Origin: Malacoraja senta
Taxonomy: Eukaryota
Assembly (NCBI GenBank): GCA_038087875.1
Contig: CM075989.1
Span: 23,624,001 to 23,688,000 of the forward strand
Direction: 5' to 3'
DNA length: 64,000 bases
Below are positions 48,601-61,016 of the stretch, in pieces; position 1 is the first letter of the stretch; each line of letters begins with the position of its first letter. The notes under the pieces are model-generated. The model worked only from the letters and a program-made list of their open reading frames with translations, did not search any database and was not told the DNA's origin. The position numbers and the translations under genes are program-made.

Positions 48601-49110
48601 TGCTTTAGGTTAAATTAAAATGTCTGACTGCGTTTATGGGTCTTGCCGACCAATTCATACGTAAAGCTATTTCTTCAGACACGAAACTGGAATGTGAAAA
48701 AGATGGCATAAGTGCACATGAAAAGGCATCTTTAATCAAACAGAACTCAAGCTAAAAGCTAGTATCAAAAGTGCCTTTTGATCCAGATAATCAAAGAGTC
48801 GCAACAAAGAACCTTTCATGCTATAAAAAAAATCGTATTCATAAAATTAGGTCTTGTGAACTCTGGGTTCCATTTGATTCCGATCTTCATCACCTATAAA
48901 ACAGGAATGTTGGAAATCTGCATTCCATTAGTTCTGAGAACCAGAGAAGGGAGCAAAAACATGCCAACGTCACTGAAGAACTACGAGGTCCTGGCAGTTT
49001 CATGGATGGAGGAGTTCAAGATCCTCTCTCCATCACCGCAACAAATATGAGGAGAGACAAATTAATGGTGACTTCAAAATCCATCGTCCCTATAAAGGGT
49101 TGGGAGAAGT

Positions 49111-49777
49111 TCAGAGACTCGTGGTGGAGCCGCAGAACATGTCTTTGTGCAAATTAGGGTTCTGACTGTGCCGGTTTCTACTGCGTACGGAGGAGAACAT
49201 GGTGTTACAACCAAACACCTTGCACTTGTGAAGTTGACGAAGATGTACTGTTTTGTAATGGGCCCGGAAAGTCCCTTTGTTACTGTAGAGCTTCTGGCAA
49301 ATGTTGCACATGATGGGCGAGTTGGCAGAAGGAGATTGCAGCAAACAGTCAATGGGTTCTTCAACCACAGAGGATAGTTGGTATAACTTATCTTTCGCCA
49401 TTATATCATCCTGCTCGAAACCCTCGTCATTGTTCACAGGGATACCTTCTTCGCTCCCAGCATCTGACTCCCAAGAATGGACGCTGCTTCCCGACTTGAC
49501 ACTGGATGTGGTGCTTAGATCCAGCGCTGTCCCATTGTAAAATCCATCTCCTCCTTGGACCTCATTGGAAGACTCTGGGGTGCTGTGGAAAGGAAAGCCA
49601 AAGTGTTCGCTTCTGTTCTTCCCTTTCAATATTACAGGAGTATGTCCCATCTGGGTTCTCACCAGAAGATCTTCACAGAACTCTGTTGATAAAGGTGTGG
49701 CGCTGAAGAAGTTCTTTTGGGTCTCATATGATCCTTTGGTCAGAAGTTTGTGATGAAGATTGATGTTTGCACTATGT
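49111..49777 (-). CDS. BNC1: Basonuclin terminal coding exon, copy 2
   Basis: Translation identical to 6560-7226. Acceptor at 49778-49779. Confidence 0.92.
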
Positions 49778-50730
49778 CTACAGAAAACACAAGAATACAA
49801 CAAACCAGTGAGCCTATTGGCCAGCGATCAATCAAGCAACCAAGCATTAAACATTATACTCTGATTCTGTATCTGTACACTGTAAATGGCTCGATTGTAA
49901 TCATGTATTATCTTTTTGCTGACTGGTTAGCACGCAACAAAAGCTTTTCGCTGCACCTCGGTACACGTGACAATAAACTAAACTGAACTGAACTGTTTGG
50001 ATTTTGCGAGACATCAAAATATTAAAATTCACCTACAGATATTCTGCTGAATTATTTTATTTCTACAATAACCATACACAAGCATTTTGTTTATTTAGTC
50101 TGTATTAATATTGCTTGTGGGTCTCCTGTAGTAAATCTTACCAGTTGAAGGATCTGCCATTTTAAATACCTTGTGTTTCAGGTCAATAGGGATTAGGTAG
50201 ACTTTTTAAAACTTGAATGTGACACAGAATTATGCCACCAGGGCATCTGAACAATAACAGGCATAAACATACCAGATAAGCTTATATGGGACATCTTGGT
50301 TAGTACGGATAAGTTGGGCCGAAGGGCCTGTTTCAGTGCTGTATGATTCTAGAGAGTCATAGAGCATGGAAACATGCCCACATGTCCCACCTTCCTGCAT
50401 TTGACCCATAACTCTCTAAACCTGTCATATCCATGCACCTGTTTAAATGTTTCTTAAACGTGCGATAGTCCCTGCCTCAACTATCTCCTCTCGCAGCTCG
50501 TTCCATACACTCACCACCCTTTGTGTAAAAGAGTTACCACTCAGGTTCCTATTACGTTCCTATAAAAGTCTAACTTTATGATGAATGAAATATCATTCCA
50601 TTATGATTATGTCCCTTTCATTTAAACAGTCCTTAGTTGATCAATACCCTTTAACTTTGATTCAAGTTTTTTTCAAGAAATATTCCTTAAAAGTTCTTTT
50701 AAGGAAACTTTGAGGAATTCTTTGGGATTA

Positions 50731-53044
50731 CATAGATACATAGATACATAGAAAATAGGTGCAGGAGTAGGCCATTCGGCCCTTCGAGCCTGCACCGCCA
50801 TTCAATATGATCATGGCTGATCATCCAACTCAGTATCCCGTACCTGCCTTCTCTCCATACCCCCTGATCCCCTTAGCCACAAGGGCCACATCTAACTCCC
50901 TCTTAAATATAGCCAATGAACTGGCCTCAACTACCCTCTGTGGCAGAGAGTTCCAGAGATTCACCACTCTCTGCGTGAAAACGTTTTTCCTCATCTCGGT
51001 CTTAAAGGATTTCCCCCTTATCCTTAAACTGTGACCCCTTGTCCTGGACTTCCCCAACATCGGGAACAATCTTCCTGCATCTAGCCTGTCCAACCCCATA
51101 AGAATTTTGTACGTTTCTATAAGATCCCCTCTCAATCTCCTAAATTCTAGCGAGTATAAGCCAAGTCTATTCAGTCTTTCTTCATATGAAAGTCCTGACA
51201 TCCCAGGAATCAGTCTGGTGAACCTTCTCTGCACTCCCTCTATGGCTATAATGTCCTTCCTCAGATTTGGAGACCAAAACTGTACGCAATACTCCAGGTG
51301 TGGTCTCACCAAGACCCTGTACAACTGCAGTAGAACCTCCCTGCTCCTATACTCAAATCCTTTTGCTATGAAAGCTAACATACCATTCGCTTTCTTCACT
51401 GCCTGCTGCACCTGCATGCCTACTTTCAATGACTGGTGTACCATGACACCCAGGTCTCGCTGCATCTCCCCATTTCCTAATCGGCCACCATTTAGATAAT
51501 AGTCTGCTTTCCTGTTTTTGCCACCAAAGTGGATAACCTCACATTTATCCACATTATACTGCATCTGCCAAACATTTGCCCACTCACCCAGCCTATCCAA
51601 GTCACCTTGCAGTCTCCTAGCATCCTCCTCACAGCTAACACTGCCCCCCAGCTTAGTGTCATCCGCAAACTTGGAGATGTTGCTTTCAATTCCCTCGTCC
51701 AGATCATTAATATAAATTGTAAATAGCTGGGGTCCCAGCACTGAGCCTTGCGGTACCCCACTAGTCACTGCCTGCCATTGTGAAAAGGACCCGTTTACTC
51801 CTACTCTTTGCTTCCTGTTTGCCAGCCAGTTCTCTATCCACATCACTACTGAACCCTCAATACCATGTGCTTTAAGTTTGTATACTAATCTCTTATGTGG
51901 TACCTTGTCGAAAGCCTTCTGAAAGTCCAGATACAACACATCCACTGGTTCTCCCCTATCCACTCTACTAGTTACATCCTCGAAAAATTCTATAAGATTC
52001 GTCAGACATGATTTACCTTTCGTAAATCCATGCTGACTTTGTCCAATGATTTCACCACTTTCCAAATGTGCTGCTATCCCATCTTTAATAAGTGACTCTA
52101 GCAGTTTCTCCACTACCGATGTTAGACTAACTGGTCTGTAATTCCCCGTTTTCTCTCTCCCTCCCTTCTTAAAAAGTGGGGTTACGTTTGCTACCCTCCA
52201 ATCCACTATTTCTGGAGCTACTTCCTTAAGTACTCTGGGATGCAGCCTATCTGGCCCTGGTGATTTATCGGCCTTTAATCCATTCAATTTACCCAACACC
52301 ACTTCCCGACTAACCTGGATTTCACTCAGTTCCTCCATCTCCTTTGACCCGCGGCCCCCTGCTATTTCCAGCAGATTATTTATGTCTTCCTTAGTGAAGA
52401 TGGAACCAAAGTAGTTATTCAATTGGTCCGCCATATCCTTATTCCCCATGATCAATTCACCTGTTTCTGACTGCAAGGGACCTACATATGTTTTAACTAA
52501 TCTCTTTCTCTTCACATATCTATAAACACTTTTGCAGTCAGTTTTTATGTTCCATGCCAGTTTCCTTTCATAATCTATTTTCCCTTTCCTTTGTCCTCCT
52601 CTGCTGGTCTCTGAATTTCTCCCAGTCCTCTGGTATGCTGCTTTTTCTGGCTAATTTGTATGCATCATCTTTTGCTTTGATACTATCCCTGATTTCCCTT
52701 GTTATCCACGGATGCACTACCTTCCCTGATTTATTCTTTTGCCAAACTGGGATGAACAATTTTTGTAGTTCATCCATGCAGTCTTTAAATGCCTTCCATT
52801 GCATATCCACTGTCAACCTTTTTAGAACTAATTGCCAGTCAATCTTGGCCAATTCACGTCTCATACCCTCAAAGTTACCTTTTTTTAAGTTCAGAACCGT
52901 TGTTTCTGAATTAACAATGTCACTCTCCATCCTAATGAAAAACTCAACCATATTATGGTCACTCTTGCCCAAGGGGGCACGCACAACAAGACTGCTAACT
53001 AACCCTTCCTCATTACTCAATACCCAGTCTAGAATAGCCTGCTC
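50731..53044 (-). mobile_element. CR1-clade LINE, 5'-truncated (copy 2, continuous 561-aa RT ORF)
   Basis: ORF 50830..52515 contains all RT motifs. Same element as 8180-10497 without the 4 extra C. Confidence 0.95.
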
Positions 53045-56000
53045 AAATTGCCAAATTCAGCTCAGGGGAAGTTGAGATCTTTAATTGATGGTGGGGGATT
53101 GAGCGGTTTACCTTTTGCCCATGGAAGTTATACATGGTTATTGTCATTATATCTTCTCATACATTTGAATTTAACTTTCATTCCTTAGTTTAGTTTAGTT
53201 TGGAGATACAGCGCGGAAACAGGCCCTTCGGCCCACCGGGTCCACGCTGACCAGTGAACCCCTTATATTAACACTATCCTACACCCACTAGGGACAATGT
53301 TTACATTTACCAAGCCAATTAACCTACAAACCTGTACGTCTTTGGAGTGTGGGAGGAAACAGAACATATCGGAGAAACCCCACGCAGGTCATGGGGAGAA
53401 CGTACAAACTCCGCACAGACAGCACCCGTAGTCGGGATCGAACCCGGGTCTCTGGCGCTGCATTTGCTGTAAGGCAACAACTCTACCGCTGCGCCACCGC
53501 TCCCTTCTTGAAGTCGAATGTGTGTTGAATATTACAACAATACATTTAGAAGCAGTGGGGAAAAAATGGAAAGAAAATAGCTTCCATTTCCTAATCGCTC
53601 TGCCATCACACAATCCTGAATGTTCCAATACAATCTCTGATCAAAGGAATGCCAATGTTGTAACATGGGTGGGTTTATTACAACTGGGGAAAGGAGGATT
53701 CCTTGGTATTGTTTGCAGAGGAGATTCTACTCAGGGAATGCAGAAGAGGTGTGTATCCTTCCATCCAGAGATGCTGGGCTTGTCCCGCTGAGTTACTCCA
53801 GCATTTTGCGTCTAACTGCAGAAGAGGAATCTGACTTTTGCTTGAACTTGCAGATGGAATGTGTGTTTTGATTTACTGGGTGATTTCTGATATCTGCTTG
53901 TCATGGGAGAGATGTCAAAGTTCGGCAAGGCTGGGAGGAGAAGCAGATTCCTGGGGGGCGGACATACTATGGGAAGTATCACAGGCTTGGGAGAACCGGA
54001 GAAAATCCAGCAGTGGACAGAATATGACAAAAACCCTGTATGAAGAAGAGCCTCGGCCCGAAACGTCACCTATCATGTTCTCCAGAGATGCCGCCTGGCC
54101 CGCTGAGTTACTCCAGAGCTTGGTGTCTTTTTTTTTGTAAACCAGCATCTGCAGGTCCTTGTGTCTACACTAACTGTAATGTTAAAATGGTGTTTGTGTC
54201 TCAAGCAGAGATAGGAATATTGGCAGTCCAGAAGCTGGATGGGGAAATCTTGGAAAAGAAAGAGGTGAGACATGGCAAACGTGGGCAGGTAAGCCACCTG
54301 TAAATGTTCTGCAGGAGTGCAGATCTGGCACTCTGCCCTCAGTAGGAGGAGAGGAGGTAGCCTCGTGACTCCATTTTAGTACATGTAGGAAGGCACTGCA
54401 GATTCTGGTTTATACCGAAGATAGGCACAAAGTGCTGGAGTAACTCAGCATTTGAAGAAGGGTTCTGACATGAAACAACATCTGCTCCATCTCTCCAGAG
54501 AAGCCGCCTGACCCACTGAGTTAGTCCAGCATTTTGTGTCTATCTTACATGTTAGTTGGGTTTGATAACCAGGTTCAACTTTTAGGATCAAATGTTTGGA
54601 AGTTCCATGGAAGGAGGCATTCTCATCTACCTGGAAAGATTTTACTTCAGACCTTAGAGATACAGTGTAGAAACAGGCCCTTCAGTACACTTAGTCTGTG
54701 TCAATCAGCGATATCCCCGTACACTAGCACTATCCTAAACACTACGGACAATTTACAATTTTACCAAAGCCATTTAGCCCACAAACGTGAACGTCTTTGG
54801 AGTGTAGGGGGATCATCCAGAGAAAACCTACGCGGTCACAGGGAGAATGTACAAACTCCATACAGACAGTGCCTGTGGTCAGGATCGAACCCAGGTCTCT
54901 GGCGCAGTAAGGCAGCAACTCTACCGCTGCACCACTGTGCCACCTCAAAGCGCCCAACCACTCCTCTGGAATGTGTAGGAAGGAACTGCAGTTGCTGGTT
55001 TAAACCAAAGATAGGCACAAAATGCTGGAGTAACTCAGCGGGACAGGCAGCATCTCTGGAGAGAAGGAAGGGTCTCGACCCGAAACATCACCCACTCCTC
55101 TGGAACCTATTTTAAGCCTCTTCTGTGCTAATGGTTTATTTGGCAACTCTTTGCACAAAGGGAATGTTCAACTACAAACCATTCTGAATGGTTTTAGGCC
55201 AATGTTTGGGCAATTGGCCCATGAGTCACTGACATGAACCAAGTTGAAGTCATGTGATACGTGAAGTGGACTTGGCAGATAGATGTGAGCAGTTGTTTAT
55301 GTTGTTTGTGTTCGGCTCCTGTAGGGGTCAGCCCTGAGCTAGGAGGCACGTGAAGTGTGTAGGAAGGAACTGTGGAACCTTCTTTATACCCAAGATAAGA
55401 CGCAAAATGCTGGAGTAACTCAGGGTCAGAACCCTTCTTCAGACTGAAGCAGCTCTGACCCGAAATGTCACCCATCCTTTTTCTCCAGAGATGCTGCTCG
55501 ACCCGCTGAGTTCCTCCAGCACTTTGTGTCTGTCTCCAGAAGCTACACAACCTTTCACACAGTCCAACTAATTTTACAAAATTAATACTGTAAAATATTA
55601 TAAATTAAATATTTTCTCCCCCTCCTGAGCGTGCAAGGAAAGCTGAGGTGTGAATAAAACACTTTGAGTGATAATTGGTTTGTTGCCATTTTTTAAAGGA
55701 ATTATCAAAAGATTGATTTATATATAATTAATTTGTGTCAAAATTAATAGAGGATAACTCAAGAAGTGTGATGAATATAATAAATATGAAGTGCCAGATC
55801 CAAAACCAGCTCTGCAGTGGGTGCTGGATTAATCAGTCTTCAGTGGAGGGGCAGGACTGAGAGGCAGACTTTGGTCTCAACTCCACTGGGAGATTTGGGA
55901 TGAAGAAATCAATCATGTGGGGCTCCAGCTGTAGTGACCTCTGATGAGATATGTGTGTACATGAGTGCTGGCATATGTATGAATGAGGGAGCCAGAGATA

Positions 56001-58717
56001 GAGATGCCTCTGTAGTCCATCATTACTGACTGAAACTTGGCTCTTGGGTTAATGGTACCTTGTCTAACATCGACATTGCAGGTGGCACAGTGGCACAGCA
56101 GTAGAACTGTCGCCTCACGGCTCCAGAGACCCAAGTTCAATCCTGACGACGGGTGTGCGGAGTTTGTACGTTCTCCCTGTGACCGCGTGGGTTTTCTCTG
56201 GGTGCTCCGGCTTCCTCCCACATTCCAAAGACGTGTTGGTTAATGGGCCTCTGTAAAATTGCTTCTGGGTGCGAAAGTGGAATAACATAGAGGTAGTGTA
56301 CGGGGTGATCGCCGATCGGCGTGGGCTTGGCGGGCTGAAGGTCCTGTTTCCATGTTGTATCTCTAAAGACATATTTTGATCTGACTATCGTTTGAATCAC
56401 CAGACTGCTCAAAATGTGCCGATTTCATCTGATCAAACCTGACCTGATGGAAAAGCCCCTCATCTTCTGATCTCTTCACCTCATTCCAAAGGCAAGAGTT
56501 TATTTAGTTTGGTTTAGTTTAGAGATACAGCGCGGAAACAAGCCTTTCAACCCACCGACTCGGTACCGACCAGCGATCCCCGCACACTGACACTATCCTG
56601 CACACACTAGCAACAATTTATACCAAGCCAATTAGCCTACAAACCTGTACGTCTTTGGAGTGTGAGAGAAAACCCACGCAGGTCACGGGGAGAATGTACA
56701 AACTCCATATAGACAGCACCCGTAGACAGGATCGAACCCGGGTCTCTGGTGCTCCAAGCACTGCAAGACAGCAACTCTACCGCTGCGTCACCAATTCTAC
56801 GCTCTCAGTAGTACATGAGAACGTGGTGCTGATATTGGTGATATGGGTGGAGGGGAGTCCTCTACTGTAACCATTGATGATGGTTTTATACAATTGAATC
56901 GTTTACTTCAGATGGGAAGTAAGAATCTAACTCATTGGTCTGGGATTTGCATGAAGGTCAGGATGAGTGAGGATGGTTTATTGTTTTCTTTCAAAGAAAA
57001 TCTGTGAACCTTTGGAATTTTCCAACAGCCTGATCACATAGCTACAAGTTCACACCCAAAGATAACAGCTTCTTCTCCTTATTATTTAATAAAAGTTATT
57101 GCAATTGAAGATTTCAAATGTCTGTGATGAGATTTGAACCTGCGTTCTCCACTAAGATTAACGCTATACCACATGTCTTGTTGTGCCCTTCATGTCTCTC
57201 CTTCAGAATCGCCATCTTCTACCTCCAACACCAAGGTGCAATTATTCAGCAGTAGTTCCAGCCTCAATAACAACACTCCCAACTTACCTCACCTCTCCAT
57301 ACTCACTACCTTTGGTTACAAGATTCTGCTCTAACCTGGAGTCCTATTTCAGCCAAATTGCTACTTTTAATATGATATAATTTTCATCAAAAAGACTTGG
57401 TTAATTTGATCATAGTCATACAGGCCCTTCAGCCCAACTTGCCCATGCCGACCAAGGTGCCACGTCTACACTAGTCCCACCTGCCTGCATTTGGCCCATA
57501 TCCCTCCAAACCTTTCCTATCCACATACCTGTCCAAATATCTGTTTCACGCTGATATAGGACCTGCCTCGACTACCCTGCTCTGGCTTCATCCTCAGCCT
57601 CTTCCCGTTTATAAACTATTATCTCATCCATAACTTAGACTTTAGAGATACAGTGCAGAAACAGGCCATTCAGCCCATCGAGTCCACGACGACCAGCAGT
57701 CACCCCATACACTAGCACTTTCCTACACACTAGGGACAACTTACAATTTTACCACAGCCAATTAACCTACAAACCGGCACGTCTTTGGAGTGTGGGAGGA
57801 AAGCGGAGCACCCGGAGAAAACCCACACGGTCACGGATGGACGGACGGGGGGGACGTACAAACTCCGTACAGACAGCACCCGTGGTCAGGATCAAACCCG
57901 GGTCTTTGGCGCTGTGAGGCAGCAACTCTACTGCTGCGCCACCCTAGGACCTAAGTCAAGACTAAAAACTTATCTATACTCCCAAGCCTTTCTTGACGTC
58001 CTCTGAGCGAGGGCTATATGTATATATGTATGTAGTTTGTTTGTTTATACTATTCTTATAACAAATGTAAAGCACTTTGGCCAACGAGAGTTGTTTTTTA
58101 AATGTGCTATATAAATAAATGTGACTTGACTTGACTTGACTACCCTGGAAATACTGTGAATCTTTGTGGTAATTCAATCCGGAGGCTATTATTTACCGTT
58201 GATTGATTGATATTTTATTGTCTCGTGTACCTGGTATAGTGACATTCTTTGTTTTGCATACAGTGCACAGGTATGCAAAGAGTCGCCAGTTAAAGGGCAC
58301 CGACAAAAAAAAGTTACTGTTACCTGTGAATGACCGCGGTCAGTTGTAACCGACCGACAGCGAACATGGCAAAAGACGCTCTCAATCATCTGTTTTTCTC
58401 TCTCCTGAGTCAAGGCTGTTGTAAGTTACCAACATTACACAGCTAATGTTAACTTGCTCCAGGCTTATGTACTCATTATCTGCTGCACTCAGTAAAAGAG
58501 CTGGGAAACCCCTTAAAGAGACTTAAAATAAAATATTTCACCCGTAGCTTAAATTATGCTCAAAGTAATTTTCTTTCCAAGACAATATAATCTAAGGCCT
58601 TTTTTATTTTACATCTGAGAGCAATTTGGTGAGGTTTGTTTTAATGTAATAATGAGAAGACAAAATTGCAGGTATGCTGTTCCAAGGTCTGATCTCTCTC
58701 TTTCACTCTCTCTTTCA

Positions 58718-58760
<43 letters not shown>

Positions 58761-59115
58761 CCTCCCTCCCCCCCACAGGTATTTTGTGTGCTCCCTGCTC
58801 GCACGGACTGCACAGCTGTGCCCCCTCTGCCCCCTGGGGCCGGTACAGGTGGGGCGGCCAAGATTCCAACTCCAACAGCGGTGTCTCAGACACACATCTA
58901 GCTCTGTGCCAGACACAGCCCCGGGGGCTCTGCCAAGGAAAATCCAGGCAAAAGGTTTTCAAAACATGCAAGCAAAACGCCAGGACCAGGGAGGGGTTTG
59001 AGAACAGGACGGAGGCGAAGTGAATCAGAATGCTATTGAACCAGCCACCATCGGGGGGGGGGGGGGGTTTCCACACAAAAAAGAACAAGAAGACAAGAAT
59101 CAACTTTGCACTGAC

Positions 59116-61016
59116 CTGTCCCTACTGCGCCTCGAGGGGAAAGCAGCGTTACACCCTCCTACTGTGCACATGTGCATTTCCTTTAGATGCACATTTTTGT
59201 AATGCAATTTAACACTGTAAGAACTTTTAAACACCTTCTTGCAGACATAGCAATAGTTAGGATTAGAAGTACCCTGATTATCCCTCTTCTCGGCGTCTGG
59301 CTGTAGACACGAGCAACTATTGACCGCCGGGCCGTCAAAGCAGAGTGGTCTGGCCCTCTGTTGCATCAGCACCCTGCCCAAGTCGCCGTTCATCAGCCTC
59401 TGCTGCACCTCCTTATAGTTGGTCATCAGCAGGTCTGCCTGCAGCCACCCTTGTGATTTGGATAGCAGGTTCTCGCTACTGTCCCCCTCGCTCTCCCTCG
59501 GCTCGTCCCCAAAGGATGAAATGATTACAGTTCTCGCTTTCACCAAAGCATCACCGTTCTCCAAGTGTGAATCGCCGCCCGCTTTGTCATTGCCCAGTGC
59601 CCGGGCATCAGCGGCTGTTATCATGTCTTGCTGCTGCGCTTTGGGGCCCTGTTCTTCCACGTCGGACAGGCAGCTGCCGCCACTTTCTGTCCTTTCCAGG
59701 TCGTACTTGATACCCTTGTACTCGTCCTCGCTTCTGGTGTCACAGTTGGACACGCCGCTTCCAGCGTCCTCCAGCTCCTCCATCATCTCCATCTCAATCT
59801 TCACCGGCATGCTGCTCTTGCGCGACTTCTTTTTGGGCACGGGATCCAGCGTGGGTTCCCTTGCGGCGAAATACTCTTGGATGGAAGGGGCGGCGTGGGG
59901 CAGGGTCGGCAGCGCCACTTGGGGAATGGCCAGCTCGGCCGGAGACACCAGACTGCGGTAGAAGGGAAACACAGGCTGCACTGTCTTCAGGTTCTGAAAG
60001 GCTGCACCGTGCCCGCTGTTGCCCACACTAACCTGAGCATTACTCTGAACACTGGGATGATCGAATCCAGCGAGAGAGCGACCATCGCAGGTGTCAAGCC
60101 TTTTATCATTGACTTGGATAACTGTGGCTGAGGGGCAGTTTCTCAGGTCCTTGTCTCGGTTATTTTTCATGGTTGGCATGTGTAGCCTGGGGTTGGGGTT
60201 GGAACTGTGACGGTTGCGGCTCCGCAAAGAGCTGAACACCATGTTGCACCCTCCCACGGTGCACCGGTGTTTAATTTTCAGGTGGACAGCATTGTAGTGG
60301 ATCTTCAGGGTGCCTTTATCGTAGAAGGTCTTGTCACAGGCACTGCAGTAAACCCGTCCCTTGGTGGTCAGGCTGCCCGGCGTCTCCATCGACCTGTCCC
60401 GGCCGGGATGAGAGCCCAACTGAGCTTGCTCAAGCTCCGCACTTGGAGTAACGCTGAGCGAAGGGGATGTCACCTCACTGGACTCATTGGTGGAATCATT
60501 CTTCAGGTCGAGGTTAAACTTATCTTGGGAATTCTGGCTATTTTCTTCAGCGCTCTGATACGGGTCAGCGCCCGTACTGGCAAGGAAACCCTTGCTGATA
60601 GGAATTGGAATTTCTTGTTTGGCTTCCCTTGGCTTCTCTTGAGGTTGATCGAGGAGGAAACTGTTGGGAGATGTCCCTAACAGGGGCATGGGGATCGGGT
60701 TAAAAAATTGGAAAGGCAACATAAAGGCCAGGTTGTTGACGATTTTCTCAAAGTGATGAATGCTGTTTGGGTTTACTTTTTCCATATGTGTAGGCAGGCT
60801 GGGGCTTCGGGTTTGATTACTGCTTTCTATAAACGCTCGGATATCAGAGTTGCTCTTGGCAGATGGGACAATAACTGCATTTCCTTCCTTCTCTTGGATT
60901 GCCATGAGTTCAACAATGGACTTGGTTTCTCCAAAACGAAGGAATTGGTGTAGCGAGACCATTTCTTCATCATAGGTCATTATATTCCACCGGTCAAGTA
61001 CTTTTCCTGAGACATC
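59116..61016 (-). CDS. BNC1: Basonuclin penultimate exon, copy 2 (12 nt shorter)
   Basis: Same splice sites as copy 1. Length 1901 nt. Lacks RAEA and has V>A, A>T and T>A substitutions relative to copy 1. Confidence 0.92.
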